From the sequence record SRR20825006_1005: a DNA stretch of 64,000 nt; one strand, given 5' to 3'. Each line of letters begins with the position of its first letter. The stretch's first letter is position 1. The notes below the pieces were generated by a model. It ran no database searches. It saw only the letters and a program-made list of their open reading frames with translations, and was not told the DNA's origin. The position numbers were made by a program, and so were the translations under genes. Shown here one piece after another: positions 40,703 to 50,089 of this stretch.

Positions 40703-41125
40703 TCAAGCGGCCCGGCGTTTAGCGGCTTGATAGTGTGGAAATTTGACGGTCACCGCGCTGCCGCCTTGGGGGCAGTCTTGCCAGTTCAATTCGGCCGATA
40801 GTGCGGCCGCGATCATTGGCAGCTTGCAAGCCCGTTGCTCCACTTCAGCGCCGGTGTCTGCAATCTCGATTTCGATGCCGTTGTTGGTTTGGCATCCCGT
40901 GATCGTGAGCTCGCCGCCTTCGGGCATTTCGATCAGTGCTTGCCGGATCAGGCTTTCCATCAATTGGCAGAATGACGCTTGGTCGACGGGCAGTCGGAGT
41001 GCATCGTCCATGTCCACTTCCAGGCAAACGGGTGCCGGGTGAGCGATCAACATGGGCGATGCGAGCGTTTCCACCAAAATGGCTAAAGGTGGATCGTTGT
41101 CCTGGCCGATGAAATGATGTGACAT
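40703..41125 (-). CDS. Stand-alone degenerate HATPase_c-like protein
   Basis: QLMESLIRQA...MPEGGELTI...IEIEIADTG...GGSAVTVKFP follows the GHKL fold pattern, with the ATP-lid region missing. Confidence 0.7.
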   Translation of the reverse strand: MSHHFIGQDNDPPLAILVETLASPMLIAHPAPVCLEVDMDDALRLPVDQASFCQLMESLIRQALIEMPEGGELTITGCQTNNGIEIEIADTGAEVEQRACKLPMIAAALSAELNWQDCPQGGSAVTVKFPHYQAAKRRAA

Positions 41126-41235
41126 GATAGGTTTCCGATGACGTTCATTTTTGGACGCGTCCGTGCGTTCCCATTTGCTGTTAGCCTTCGGGAGACGTTC
41201 ATCGCAAGGTCAATCTTTTCCGGTGCTCGGTTTTC

Positions 41236-42546
41236 ATGTCCATTTTGATTCAGCCCGAAGTTTCGGCTGCCATCCCTTCGCGAATTTCTCGCCGTCGGTG
41301 GCTGGCGGGGGCTGGATGGATCACCCTCGGTGTCGCGGGGTGTGAAACCCGGCATGAAACAATCGCCGAGTATCAGGTGGCTGGCCCATCGATGGCGCCA
41401 ACGCTGTGGGGGCCGTCGGTTCAATTTTCATGCACCGCATGCCAAGTTCGCATTCGAGTGGATGCCGACCGTTGGCAGTCCATCCAATTGCGATCAGCGA
41501 CTGCGCGCCAGGCCACTCGTTCAGCACCAAGATGCTGGCATTGTGGAACGTTGGTAGATGTGAACTCAGCCAGCTCGCTCATTCGAATCAAGCCGGACGT
41601 CGTGACTGTCGTTGCAACACCAGTTCGCCAGATTCAAGCCCGGCTAGACAAAGGTGAGAAGCCGTTGGTTGTGGTGAAGCGTGAGGGCAGCGTTCACATC
41701 AAAAGGTTGCTTGCCGGTCCGGGGCAAATCGTCACCGCGGATGACGATGGCCGGGTGCTCGTCGATGGAAATGCGGTTGCGGTTCCGGATTCGCCTCAAT
41801 TGCCAATCGATTTGGATGACAGGCGGGTGGGAGAACTCGCGAGTCGATGGCGCTGCGGCAGCAACGCTTGGCAGCGTGATCAGCGCGGAGTTTGGTCTAG
41901 CTTTGAAGGCGGTGCGGGTCCTGGACGTTCTGTCGCTTGGCTGGTCTACGAACATCGCAACATCTATCGAAGCAACGTTGTCAGCCGTGTGCTGGATGAT
42001 TGCCCTGCAAACCTAGGGTTGGATCGACGCCTGAATCCCGTCGATGAGATCGGTCTCACTTTTGTCATACGCCCTCGGACCGGCAAGGACGCAGACGCTT
42101 TGGACACGCAGGTCGATCACCTTGTTCGTGCAATGGTTTGGACAGATCGCGGATTGCGGGTTGTTTCGAATTCGGTTCCTGGCCAGTCCGATGCAGGCGG
42201 TGTCACCATCGAGTTCACCCCACAAGCGTTTCGTGAAGGCGAGATCGTCACGGATACTGATGAAATAGGCGGAGAGCTTCCGACTCTATCGCCGACATCT
42301 CCCGTTGCGATTGGGATGGATCCGCGAGAGGTGCTTGATGCTCGAAGCCTAAAGCTTTGGCGCCTGGTTTCTTGGCGTGCGCCAGCTCTATCACGCTGGG
42401 AACTGCGGTCCAACGAGTGGTTTGTGGCAGGGGACAACGTTCCGGTGTCGGTGGACAGCAGAACATGGGGCCCCGTGCAAACCAATCAAATCATCGGAGT
42501 TTGCCAACGGAGCGATCGAAATCGAGTGGCGCCAATCCTCGATTGA
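41236..42546 (+). CDS. Signal peptidase I (S26)-family protein with CxxC...CxxC insertion
   Basis: Box B GPSMAPTL (Ser), box D HIKRLLAGPG (Lys) and box E GDNVPVSVDSRTWG. CTAC and CWHC lie between boxes B and D. Confidence 0.85.
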   Translation: MSILIQPEVSAAIPSRISRRRWLAGAGWITLGVAGCETRHETIAEYQVAGPSMAPTLWGPSVQFSCTACQVRIRVDADRWQSIQLRSATARQATRSAPRCWHCGTLVDVNSASSLIRIKPDVVTVVATPVRQIQARLDKGEKPLVVVKREGSVHIKRLLAGPGQIVTADDDGRVLVDGNAVAVPDSPQLPIDLDDRRVGELASRWRCGSNAWQRDQRGVWSSFEGGAGPGRSVAWLVYEHRNIYRSNVVSRVLDDCPANLGLDRRLNPVDEIGLTFVIRPRTGKDADALDTQVDHLVRAMVWTDRGLRVVSNSVPGQSDAGGVTIEFTPQAFREGEIVTDTDEIGGELPTLSPTSPVAIGMDPREVLDARSLKLWRLVSWRAPALSRWELRSNEWFVAGDNVPVSVDSRTWGPVQTNQIIGVCQRSDRNRVAPILD

Positions 42547-42565
42547 ATCTCGTTGGAGCTGCGAT

Positions 42566-43168
42566 CTAGAGCGCGGTGCGAACGGTAGCGACCGCGACGC
42601 CGACCACTTTGGGGTTCAGCACCGTGACCGGTGGTGAATTCCTGTCTCCGTCTCGCAGTTCGACATGGCCGTTGGTTGGGTACCAGTATCTCAGCGAAAT
42701 GTTGCCGGGCGAGGTTTCAATGGCAGCAAGTTGTCCAGCTTGGACGTTGTCTTGTTTGTTGATGACGATGTAGTCGCCGTCGTGAATTCCGCGGGCGGCC
42801 AGCGAGTCACCTGATAATTGAACGACAAACCGGTCGCCATCGGCAAGAATCTTGCCTAAATCAACCACGTCCGTTGCGTTGACGTCGATGTCGGTGGGCT
42901 GGCTGCGAACGATTCCCGCCATGGGCAATCCTGTCGGTGAGCGAGCGTCTTCGCCCGTCAACTCAATCGCACGTGACTTGTTGGCTTTACGAGTAATCAG
43001 TCCTTTGCGTTCCAGGGCACGTAAATGGCACATGACACCATTTGGACTACGTATGCCGAAGTGCTCACCGATCTCACGAACCGTCGGCCCATAGCCTCGT
43101 TCTCGAATTAAAGACCGGACAAGCTCATAGACTTCTCTTTGTCTCTCGGTCAGTTGAGCTTTGGCCAT
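42566..43168 (-). CDS. lexA: LexA-family repressor (autocleavage elements degenerate)
   Basis: LexA winged HTH LTERQREVYELV...GYGPTVREIGEHFGIRSPNGVMCHLRALERKGLI...SRAI. S24-like C-domain GDSL...IHDGDYIVI. Confidence 0.85.
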   Translation of the reverse strand: MAKAQLTERQREVYELVRSLIRERGYGPTVREIGEHFGIRSPNGVMCHLRALERKGLITRKANKSRAIELTGEDARSPTGLPMAGIVRSQPTDIDVNATDVVDLGKILADGDRFVVQLSGDSLAARGIHDGDYIVINKQDNVQAGQLAAIETSPGNISLRYWYPTNGHVELRDGDRNSPPVTVLNPKVVGVAVATVRTAL

Positions 43169-43549
43169 GGGTTTCGTGGAGGGAAGTGAGGTGGGCGGAG
43201 GGGGCAAGGAAGTGATCCGATCACTATGAGTCAAGCCTAGCATGGGAATCACTTTGATGACGTTGGATTTCTCGCTGATTTTCACATCGACTACGACAAC
43301 CTAACTCTGTACCAAATTGCGCGAGTACGCAAATGATTCGGGCTAGAATTTCGACTCAGCCACCCCACAGGGCGGTTTTCAGCGTTTCAATCCGAAACGT
43401 GCTGGTAGCGAATCAATGCAACGAATGCGAAGCGTCGTTAAAGCGACATGCAGAAACATAGCCAAAACTGAACAGGCAATGTTGCTGTTTGATAGCTTTT
43501 TTTATCCTCGTGCTCGCTAGCCCGTTGCCCCCGGGGGCGCACTTTGCAA

Positions 43550-44323
43550 CTACCGGAGGTTCAGGAGGACGACCAGCAGTCCGGCGGGGATGCACCAGTA
43601 CGCGAACCAATGAAGTCGGTCTTCCCGGCTCCATCGAATCAGCCACTTCAACGCGACGATTCCAACGGCGAAGGCGACAGCCGCACCGATCAAGAGCACT
43701 TCGATGGAAGTTTCGCCTGAGGAGCCGTCTTCAAGCAGATCTTTGATTGCCAGCACCGTCGCACCCAGAATCGCGGGAATTGCAAGCAAGAACGAGAAGG
43801 TGACTGAATCATCCCGGTCGAGACCCATCAGCCGGCCACCGAGGATCGTTGACCCACTGCGGCTGATTCCCGGCAAGATGGCGAATGCCTGGAAGCAGCC
43901 AACAAGGAACGCGGCGCCCAAGCCCAGACGATCGTAGGTTCCCGATTTGGGAGTGAGTCGTCCGAGGACGATCAGCATCAAACCGGTCACTATCAGCATC
44001 GCTCCGGCTAGAAGTGGACTGCGCAGAATTTCGGGAAACTGAGTCTTGATCGTCAGTCCGATCACGACCGCGGGAAGCGTCCCAATCACCAGCAAGCCGA
44101 TGACGCGACGGTCCTTTAGCAACAACGCCCAGATCCGTTGCCAGAAAACGACGAGGATTGAACCCAGTGTTCCGGCATGGAGGATGATTTCCAGTGTGAC
44201 CGATTCGCCAAGTTCGCCCAGCATTGATCCGAGGATTACCAAATGGCCCGACGAGCTGATAGGAAGGAACTCAGCGATCCCTTGCACGATTGCCAAAATG
44301 ACGACGCGAATGAGTTCCTGCAC
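43550..44323 (-). CDS. uppP: Undecaprenyl-diphosphate phosphatase
   Basis: QGIAEFLPISSSGHL, PGISRSGSTI and FSFLLAIPA. Confidence 0.96.
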   Translation of the reverse strand: MQELIRVVILAIVQGIAEFLPISSSGHLVILGSMLGELGESVTLEIILHAGTLGSILVVFWQRIWALLLKDRRVIGLLVIGTLPAVVIGLTIKTQFPEILRSPLLAGAMLIVTGLMLIVLGRLTPKSGTYDRLGLGAAFLVGCFQAFAILPGISRSGSTILGGRLMGLDRDDSVTFSFLLAIPAILGATVLAIKDLLEDGSSGETSIEVLLIGAAVAFAVGIVALKWLIRWSREDRLHWFAYWCIPAGLLVVLLNLR

Positions 44324-44444
44324 GTTTCGATGTCTCGACTAAAGTGTGTGGGGTGTGCGTCTGGACAGATGATGTCCTAGGTTACTTTGTCGCGACAAAA
44401 TTCGGCATCCGTCGTCGCAAATCCAATCCGTTTCCTCCGCCTGA

Positions 44445-45488
44445 ATGACTCTTGTGAACGCATCCACCGGCTCCGACACTTCTTCCGAAGGTATCGATTC
44501 TGACGGCCAAGAGTCGCGGATTTCTCACGAACCGATTCGTCCTGACGGCATCGGCATGATAATGCTGAATATCTTTCGTGGATTTTGCATGGGGGCGGCT
44601 GACACCGTCCCGGGAGTGAGCGGTGGAACGGTCGCGTTGATTCTTGGTCACTACGACCGCTTGATCGCAGCGATCAGTCATGTGGATACCGAAGCTCTCG
44701 GTTTGCTTCGTTCGGGCAAATGGACAGAGCTGATTCGTAGGTTGGACTTGCGATTCCTGATCACGCTCGGAATCGGAATCGTTGTCGGGATCGGTTCTCT
44801 CGCTGGCCTGATGCACTGGCTACTGCAGCACCGAGTCAACGAAACGATGGCGGTGTTCTTTGGATTGGTGCTCGCAAGTGTTTGGGTTGTTCGACGCAAC
44901 GTGACTCAGTGGACGATCCCGCGATGGATCCTTTTGGGCATGGGAGTGTTGGTGGCCTTGGGCATTTCACGGATCCCGGCAACAACCGGCGATGCCAGTC
45001 ATGGCTTCTTGTTTTTCAGTGCATCGATCGCGATTTGCGCGATGATTCTGCCCGGGATCAGCGGCGCATTTATTCTGTTGCTGTTGGGCGTATACGAGCC
45101 CGTAATCGGCATGATCAAGGGTGTGGTCAAAGGCCAGATCGATTTGGACATCCTGGGACGGTTGGCCGTTTTCGCTGCGGGCTGCCTGTTCGGTTTGCTG
45201 GCGTTCAGTCGTTTGCTGAATTACCTGCTGAAACATTTCCGAGACGCGACGATGGCCGCATTGATCGGTTTGATGATCGGCTCGGTCGGCCGGCTTTGGC
45301 CGCTTCAGCGTGTGACCGCGGAGACCGCCGAATTGGAATTGAAGTACCAGGAATTCGAATGGGTTTCACCAGTCGAATACGACGGCAGTGTGTTGATGCT
45401 CGTGGTGCTTGCGATCGTCGCCGCTGTGGTTGTGGTCGCCGCAGACCGTTTCACTCTTCGGATGCAGTCTTCAGCTTCTGGTGCTTGA
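44445..45488 (+). CDS. DUF368-family membrane protein (undecaprenyl-phosphate translocase family)
   Basis: [23 protein letters not shown] and [20 protein letters not shown], the two re-entrant PG(V/I)SG motifs. Confidence 0.92.
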   Translation: MTLVNASTGSDTSSEGIDSDGQESRISHEPIRPDGIGMIMLNIFRGFCMGAADTVPGVSGGTVALILGHYDRLIAAISHVDTEALGLLRSGKWTELIRRLDLRFLITLGIGIVVGIGSLAGLMHWLLQHRVNETMAVFFGLVLASVWVVRRNVTQWTIPRWILLGMGVLVALGISRIPATTGDASHGFLFFSASIAICAMILPGISGAFILLLLGVYEPVIGMIKGVVKGQIDLDILGRLAVFAAGCLFGLLAFSRLLNYLLKHFRDATMAALIGLMIGSVGRLWPLQRVTAETAELELKYQEFEWVSPVEYDGSVLMLVVLAIVAAVVVVAADRFTLRMQSSASGA

Positions 45489-45911
45489 GCGATCAGCCAA
45501 GGATTGACTGCGACGCACGGCACGTCCGACGAGTTTAACGAACCCTTTTTCGATCATTTTCCAGTCGGCGGTGACCTCCTTTTTTGGGCGGACCACATAA
45601 TCGAATCCGCTTGGCAATTGCGTTTGGTTCAGCCGGAACGCTTCGCGAATCAGACGCTTCCATCGATTTCGAACAACCGCGTTGCCGGTCTTCTTGGGGA
45701 TCGTTACACCAAGTCGGCATTTGACGGTTTTGGATTTGTCTGGTGACGGCTCACCATCCGCGTTAGGACCGTCGTGAGGCAACGCGAAAACGACCAAGCA
45801 ATCATTCGCGGCGACACCACCACGGCGGAGTGCTTTGGTGAATTCACTACTGCGAACGACGCGAGATGATTTTGGGAACTCAAACGGCCGTTTTCCACCA
45901 GTCCGCGACAT
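45471..45911 (-). CDS. rnpA: Ribonuclease P protein component
   Basis: [35 protein letters not shown] (RNR motif) and DYVV. Confidence 0.95.
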   Translation of the reverse strand: MSRTGGKRPFEFPKSSRVVRSSEFTKALRRGGVAANDCLVVFALPHDGPNADGEPSPDKSKTVKCRLGVTIPKKTGNAVVRNRWKRLIREAFRLNQTQLPSGFDYVVRPKKEVTADWKMIEKGFVKLVGRAVRRSQSLADRSSTRS

Positions 45912-47227
45912 CAGGAAGCGGCACTCGCAACGGTCGGATGAAGCTCAAACTTCAAACGTCCACCGACCAGTGTGTGGGTGACTCGTGCCGAGAGCGTGCG
46001 TCCGGTCATGGGGCTGGAATGGCACCGTGAGCGGAACTCTTTCGCCTCAACCGACCACGCATTCAACGGATCGATGACTGTCACGTCGGCGTTGGCACCC
46101 ACTGACAACGTGCCACCTTTCACACCGGCGATTCGGGCCGGTGCGGTTGAGAGGCACTCGATTGCGCGAGACCAAGAGAGGATCCTTGTTTCGACCAGAT
46201 CTGTTGCGATGGCCGCGAGCGTCGTTTCCAAAGCGGATGCACCAAAGGGAGCCAAGTCGAGGTCGTTTGCTTTCTTCTCTTGGGCCCGCGGCATGTGTCC
46301 GGATTCAATTGCATCGATCACGCCTTCGGCAACCGCGTTGCGAAGTGCTTCCACGTGCGACGGGCTTCGCATTGGCGGATGAACTTTGTATCGCGAATCG
46401 TAAGACCGCAGCAATTCGTCACTGCCAAAGAGGTTGTGTGGGCAAACCGATGCGGAGATGTGGATGCCTCGGGATTTCACACGGCCAATCATGTCGATCG
46501 AACCCATGGTGCTGACCGGACCGACGTGCAATCGACCTTTGGTTGCCTCGGCCAGTCGAACGTCTCGTGCGACGGCCAGATCCTCCGCTTCGGTGGGCAG
46601 CCCTTTGAGTCCGAGAATCAAGCCAATTTGCCCATCATGCATGACGCCGCCGTCAGCAAGTTCGGGGACTTCTGGTCGATCGAAGATTGGCAGGTCGAAC
46701 ATTCGGCAATAGTCGAGTGCCCGCTTGAGCAATGCATCGTTGGGCATTGGACGCGGCGTGTCGCTGAAACCAGCTGCACCGGCGGCGGCCAAAATTCCGA
46801 GCTCGGCCATCTGCTCAGCTTGTCGACCTTTGCTCAGGCACGCGATCGGCAGCACACGAACGCCATCAACACGTTGTGCGATTTGGCGAACTAACTGCAC
46901 CGATGCGGCAGAATCCATCAGCGGTTTGGTACTGCTGCAGCACAACACCGTCGTGTAACCGCCCGCCAACGCAGCATTGCTGCCCGTTTGAATCGTTTCG
47001 TCCTCTTCACTGCCCGGTTCGCGCAGTTCCGTTGCCAAATCGACCAAACCAGGTGCAACGATTTTTCCGGTGACGTCAAGCTGACCAGCGTCCGGCGGAA
47101 GGTCACCGTCGGGCGTGTCGATTGAATGAACTTTGCCCTCATGCAAAACCAAGCGTGCGATTCGGTCGATGCCGTTGGCGGGGTCGATCAATCGTCCGCC
47201 GTCGAGAACCCAAGTGGTGTCATTCAT
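45911..47227 (-). CDS. pyrC: Dihydroorotase-like protein, probably catalytically inactive (PyrC'/PyrX type)
   Basis: DHOase fold motifs LREPG...EDETI...[13 protein letters not shown] and PPMR. Metal-ligand positions are substituted (DLATE, FDRPE, HVGP, ESGH). Confidence 0.88.
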   Translation of the reverse strand: MNDTTWVLDGGRLIDPANGIDRIARLVLHEGKVHSIDTPDGDLPPDAGQLDVTGKIVAPGLVDLATELREPGSEEDETIQTGSNAALAGGYTTVLCCSSTKPLMDSAASVQLVRQIAQRVDGVRVLPIACLSKGRQAEQMAELGILAAAGAAGFSDTPRPMPNDALLKRALDYCRMFDLPIFDRPEVPELADGGVMHDGQIGLILGLKGLPTEAEDLAVARDVRLAEATKGRLHVGPVSTMGSIDMIGRVKSRGIHISASVCPHNLFGSDELLRSYDSRYKVHPPMRSPSHVEALRNAVAEGVIDAIESGHMPRAQEKKANDLDLAPFGASALETTLAAIATDLVETRILSWSRAIECLSTAPARIAGVKGGTLSVGANADVTVIDPLNAWSVEAKEFRSRCHSSPMTGRTLSARVTHTLVGGRLKFELHPTVASAAS

Positions 47228-48255
47228 GAGAGGTTCTCCGCGGATGCATCTACGTTTTCTTTCGCGTTGGCCAACAACCACAGCGATGCCATGCGGACTG
47301 CGATCCCGTTGGTCACTTGTTCGAGGATCACCGAATGCGGCCCGTCGGCGACTTCGGGGGTGATTTCAACGCCGCGATTGATTGGCCCGGGGGCCATGAT
47401 CAGGATGTCGTCTTTGGCAAGCCGCAATCTCTCGCCGTTCATGGCGTACAACGCCGCATATTCGTAAACGCTAGGGAATGGTCTCGCCTTTTGCCGTTCG
47501 AATTGAATGCGAAGCAAATTCAGCACGTCGCAGCGATGGACGATCTCATCGAGACGGTGAGCGACTTCGAAACCAAGTTCTTCCCAGCGGTGACTGACCA
47601 AAGTTGGTGGACCGCAAATGATGACGTGAGCACCGAGTTTACGAAGGCCCCACAGATTGCTGCGTGCGGTGCGACTGTGTGCGATGTCACCAACCAAAGC
47701 CACCGTCATTCCCGCGAATACTTTCTCAGGATCGGCGGCTTCGTTTTTCCAGTCCGAGCCGATGCGATGTTGAAGGATCGTCAGCATGTCGAGCAAACCC
47801 TGAGTGGGATGCTCGTGGGGACCGTCTCCGGCGTTGAGCACACAGCAATCCAGTTCGCGGGCCAGCAAGTGAGGCGTGCCGGGAGTGGAGTGTCGCGTCA
47901 CGACCCAGTCGACGCCCATCGCTTCGATGGTCTTGGCCGTGTCGACGAATGTTTCGCCTTTGGCAACGCTGCTGCCGCTGCTGCTGAATTCAACCGTGTC
48001 GGCGCCGAGTCTTTTGGCGGCCAACGAGAAACTGTTCCTCGTACGTGTGCTGTTCTCAAAGAACAAATTGGCACACGTTTTTCCCGTCAATAACGGGACT
48101 TTGCGACGGCAACCTTCGGTCATCGTCTTCAGTTGGTCCGCCGTGCGTAACACGGCGAGGATTTCAGCGGCGGTGAGCCGCTCCAAATCCAACAGATGAG
48201 GATGCCGCCAGACGGCCGGGAATGACAATTGATCGGGTGAGAGCGATGCGTCCAT
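47224..48255 (-). CDS. pyrB: Aspartate carbamoyltransferase catalytic subunit
   Basis: [52 protein letters not shown] and PGPINRGVE. Confidence 0.97.
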   Translation of the reverse strand: MDASLSPDQLSFPAVWRHPHLLDLERLTAAEILAVLRTADQLKTMTEGCRRKVPLLTGKTCANLFFENSTRTRNSFSLAAKRLGADTVEFSSSGSSVAKGETFVDTAKTIEAMGVDWVVTRHSTPGTPHLLARELDCCVLNAGDGPHEHPTQGLLDMLTILQHRIGSDWKNEAADPEKVFAGMTVALVGDIAHSRTARSNLWGLRKLGAHVIICGPPTLVSHRWEELGFEVAHRLDEIVHRCDVLNLLRIQFERQKARPFPSVYEYAALYAMNGERLRLAKDDILIMAPGPINRGVEITPEVADGPHSVILEQVTNGIAVRMASLWLLANAKENVDASAENLS

Positions 48256-48273
48256 GGCCGGGAGTTTAAAGCA

Positions 48274-48750
48274 TCATTGACTTGTCGACGAGTCACGGCA
48301 GCCGACAAACATCAGCCAACCCACAATCCAACAAACGCCACCGATTGGGGTGATCGCACCCATCACCGGTGTGTTGGTCAAAACCAGCACGTACAGACTG
48401 CCGGAAAAGAAAATCAGTCCGGCGACCATCAACGCCCGAATCGTTCGCAGCCATCCGGACCACCGCAAGGGAGCGACCGCCAAGCCCAATAAAACGATCG
48501 CGTGAGCCAAGTGGTACCGGGCTCCGGTTTCGAACTGCTCCACGCGACGAGCAACCGTGTCGGGATCCAAACCGGATTGCTCAAGGAAGTCCGGCAACCC
48601 ATGAGCGACAAACGCGCCTATTCCAACAGCAGAGGCTCCTGCCAATCCCGCCAAGATCATTCCGGTCCGACCCGCAGGAGATTCCGTTTGGGCCGGCGTC
48701 GAGATTGGTTCGGACGGGGAGACGGTCTCGTATGGTTTGGCGGACGTCAT
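48274..48750 (-). CDS. DUF423 (YgdD/TMEM256-like) small membrane protein
   Basis: GAFVAHGL, FETGARYHLAHA, FSGSLY and GAITPIGG. The ATG overlaps the nadA stop codon. Confidence 0.88.
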   Translation of the reverse strand: MTSAKPYETVSPSEPISTPAQTESPAGRTGMILAGLAGASAVGIGAFVAHGLPDFLEQSGLDPDTVARRVEQFETGARYHLAHAIVLLGLAVAPLRWSGWLRTIRALMVAGLIFFSGSLYVLVLTNTPVMGAITPIGGVCWIVGWLMFVGCRDSSTSQ

Positions 48751-49925
48751 TTCACCGCCAACATGCGTTCCAACGCGATCAGACTCCACTTTGTTGTCTC
48801 TTCGTCCACGCGAATTTGGTTGACCAAGCGGCCGTCTCGCAAGTTTTCGAGTGTCCAACAAAGGTGTGTCAGATCGATTCGGTACATCGTCGCGCACATG
48901 CAAACGACTGGACTGAGAAAGTGAATTTCTTGCTCGGGATGTTCGTCCTTCAATCGATTGACCAAGTGCAATTCAGTGCCGATCGCCCACTTCGTTCCCG
49001 CCGGCGAATTCTTGACTGTCTGGATGATCTTTCCGGTACTGCCACTGACGTCCGCGATGTCGTTGACCTCTCGAGGGCATTCAGGGTGAACAAGAATCTT
49101 GATGCCAGGATGCTCTTTTCGGAAGCGATCGACATGCTCGGCACGGAACATTTGGTGCACGCTGCAGTGACCTTTCCAAAGGATCACGCGACTCGATTGA
49201 ATCTGTTCGTCCGTGTTTCCACCCATTTCCAACGCGTAAGGATCCCAAACCGGCATTTGTTCTTCGGTGATATCCATCGTCAACGCGGTGTTCCGGCCAA
49301 GGTGCTGATCGGGGAAGAAGAACACACGCTGCCCACGTTCGAAGGCCCATTCCAAGACCGCTCTTGCGTTGCTGCTAGTACAAACAATCCCACCGTGACG
49401 ACCACAGAACGCCTTCAAGCTGGCGGCACTGTTGATGTACGTGACCGGAATGACTTGTTCGGTATCAATCACCTCAGACATATCGGCCCAGGCCGCTTCA
49501 ACCTGAGCAATCGCGGCCATATCGGCCATTGAGCAACCCGCGGCCATGTCCGGAAGCAACACATCGACTCGCCGGCCGTCACGGGCCTCAATCCGATCCG
49601 GTCGATTGGCCAAAATGTCGGCCGTTTCAGCCATGAAGTGAACGCCGCAAAAGACGATGGTGCGACACGCCTGGCTCTTGGCGGCCATCTCGGACAACTG
49701 GTAGCTGTCACCTCGCAAATCGGTGTGCTCGATGACTTCGTCTTGCTGATAGTGGTGTCCCAAAATCAGCAACTCGTCTCCGAGTTCCTGACGCACCGCT
49801 TCAATTCGTTGCTGAAGAACCTCGTTTTCCAGCGATCGGTACGGTTTCAAAGGATGCAACGCATCGACTTCGTCATTTCCGGTCGTGGGTTGTGCGGGAG
49901 GCGTGGTGGTAGGCAAATCGACCAT
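48747..49925 (-). CDS. nadA: Quinolinate synthase
   Basis: ILGHHYQ, FCGVHFMAETA, AGCSMA, YINS, CTSSNA, PDQHLG, GHCSVH, HPEC and CMCATM. Confidence 0.96.
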   Translation of the reverse strand: MVDLPTTTPPAQPTTGNDEVDALHPLKPYRSLENEVLQQRIEAVRQELGDELLILGHHYQQDEVIEHTDLRGDSYQLSEMAAKSQACRTIVFCGVHFMAETADILANRPDRIEARDGRRVDVLLPDMAAGCSMADMAAIAQVEAAWADMSEVIDTEQVIPVTYINSAASLKAFCGRHGGIVCTSSNARAVLEWAFERGQRVFFFPDQHLGRNTALTMDITEEQMPVWDPYALEMGGNTDEQIQSSRVILWKGHCSVHQMFRAEHVDRFRKEHPGIKILVHPECPREVNDIADVSGSTGKIIQTVKNSPAGTKWAIGTELHLVNRLKDEHPEQEIHFLSPVVCMCATMYRIDLTHLCWTLENLRDGRLVNQIRVDEETTKWSLIALERMLAVK

Positions 49926-50089
49926 GGGGATTTCAATCAAAGAGGATCGGCGATGCGTCGCGTGACGACACATCATTATTGAAACCGATCCACCCCATTG
50001 TTTCCATGCCTACGGTTCTGATCCGCCACTGCGAAAAACGCCTTATTCGCGGCAGAAAACAAACCCCGCCGCCGAAATCCGTTGCAGGA

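Noticed and set aside
43300-43335. GTAC-N13-GTAC upstream of lexA as a possible operator
   Set aside because: Too short, with no second convincing copy found and no consensus I can support for this lineage.
48369-49532. 387-aa plus-strand ORF
   Set aside because: Antisense to nadA and DUF423, with no recognisable motifs.
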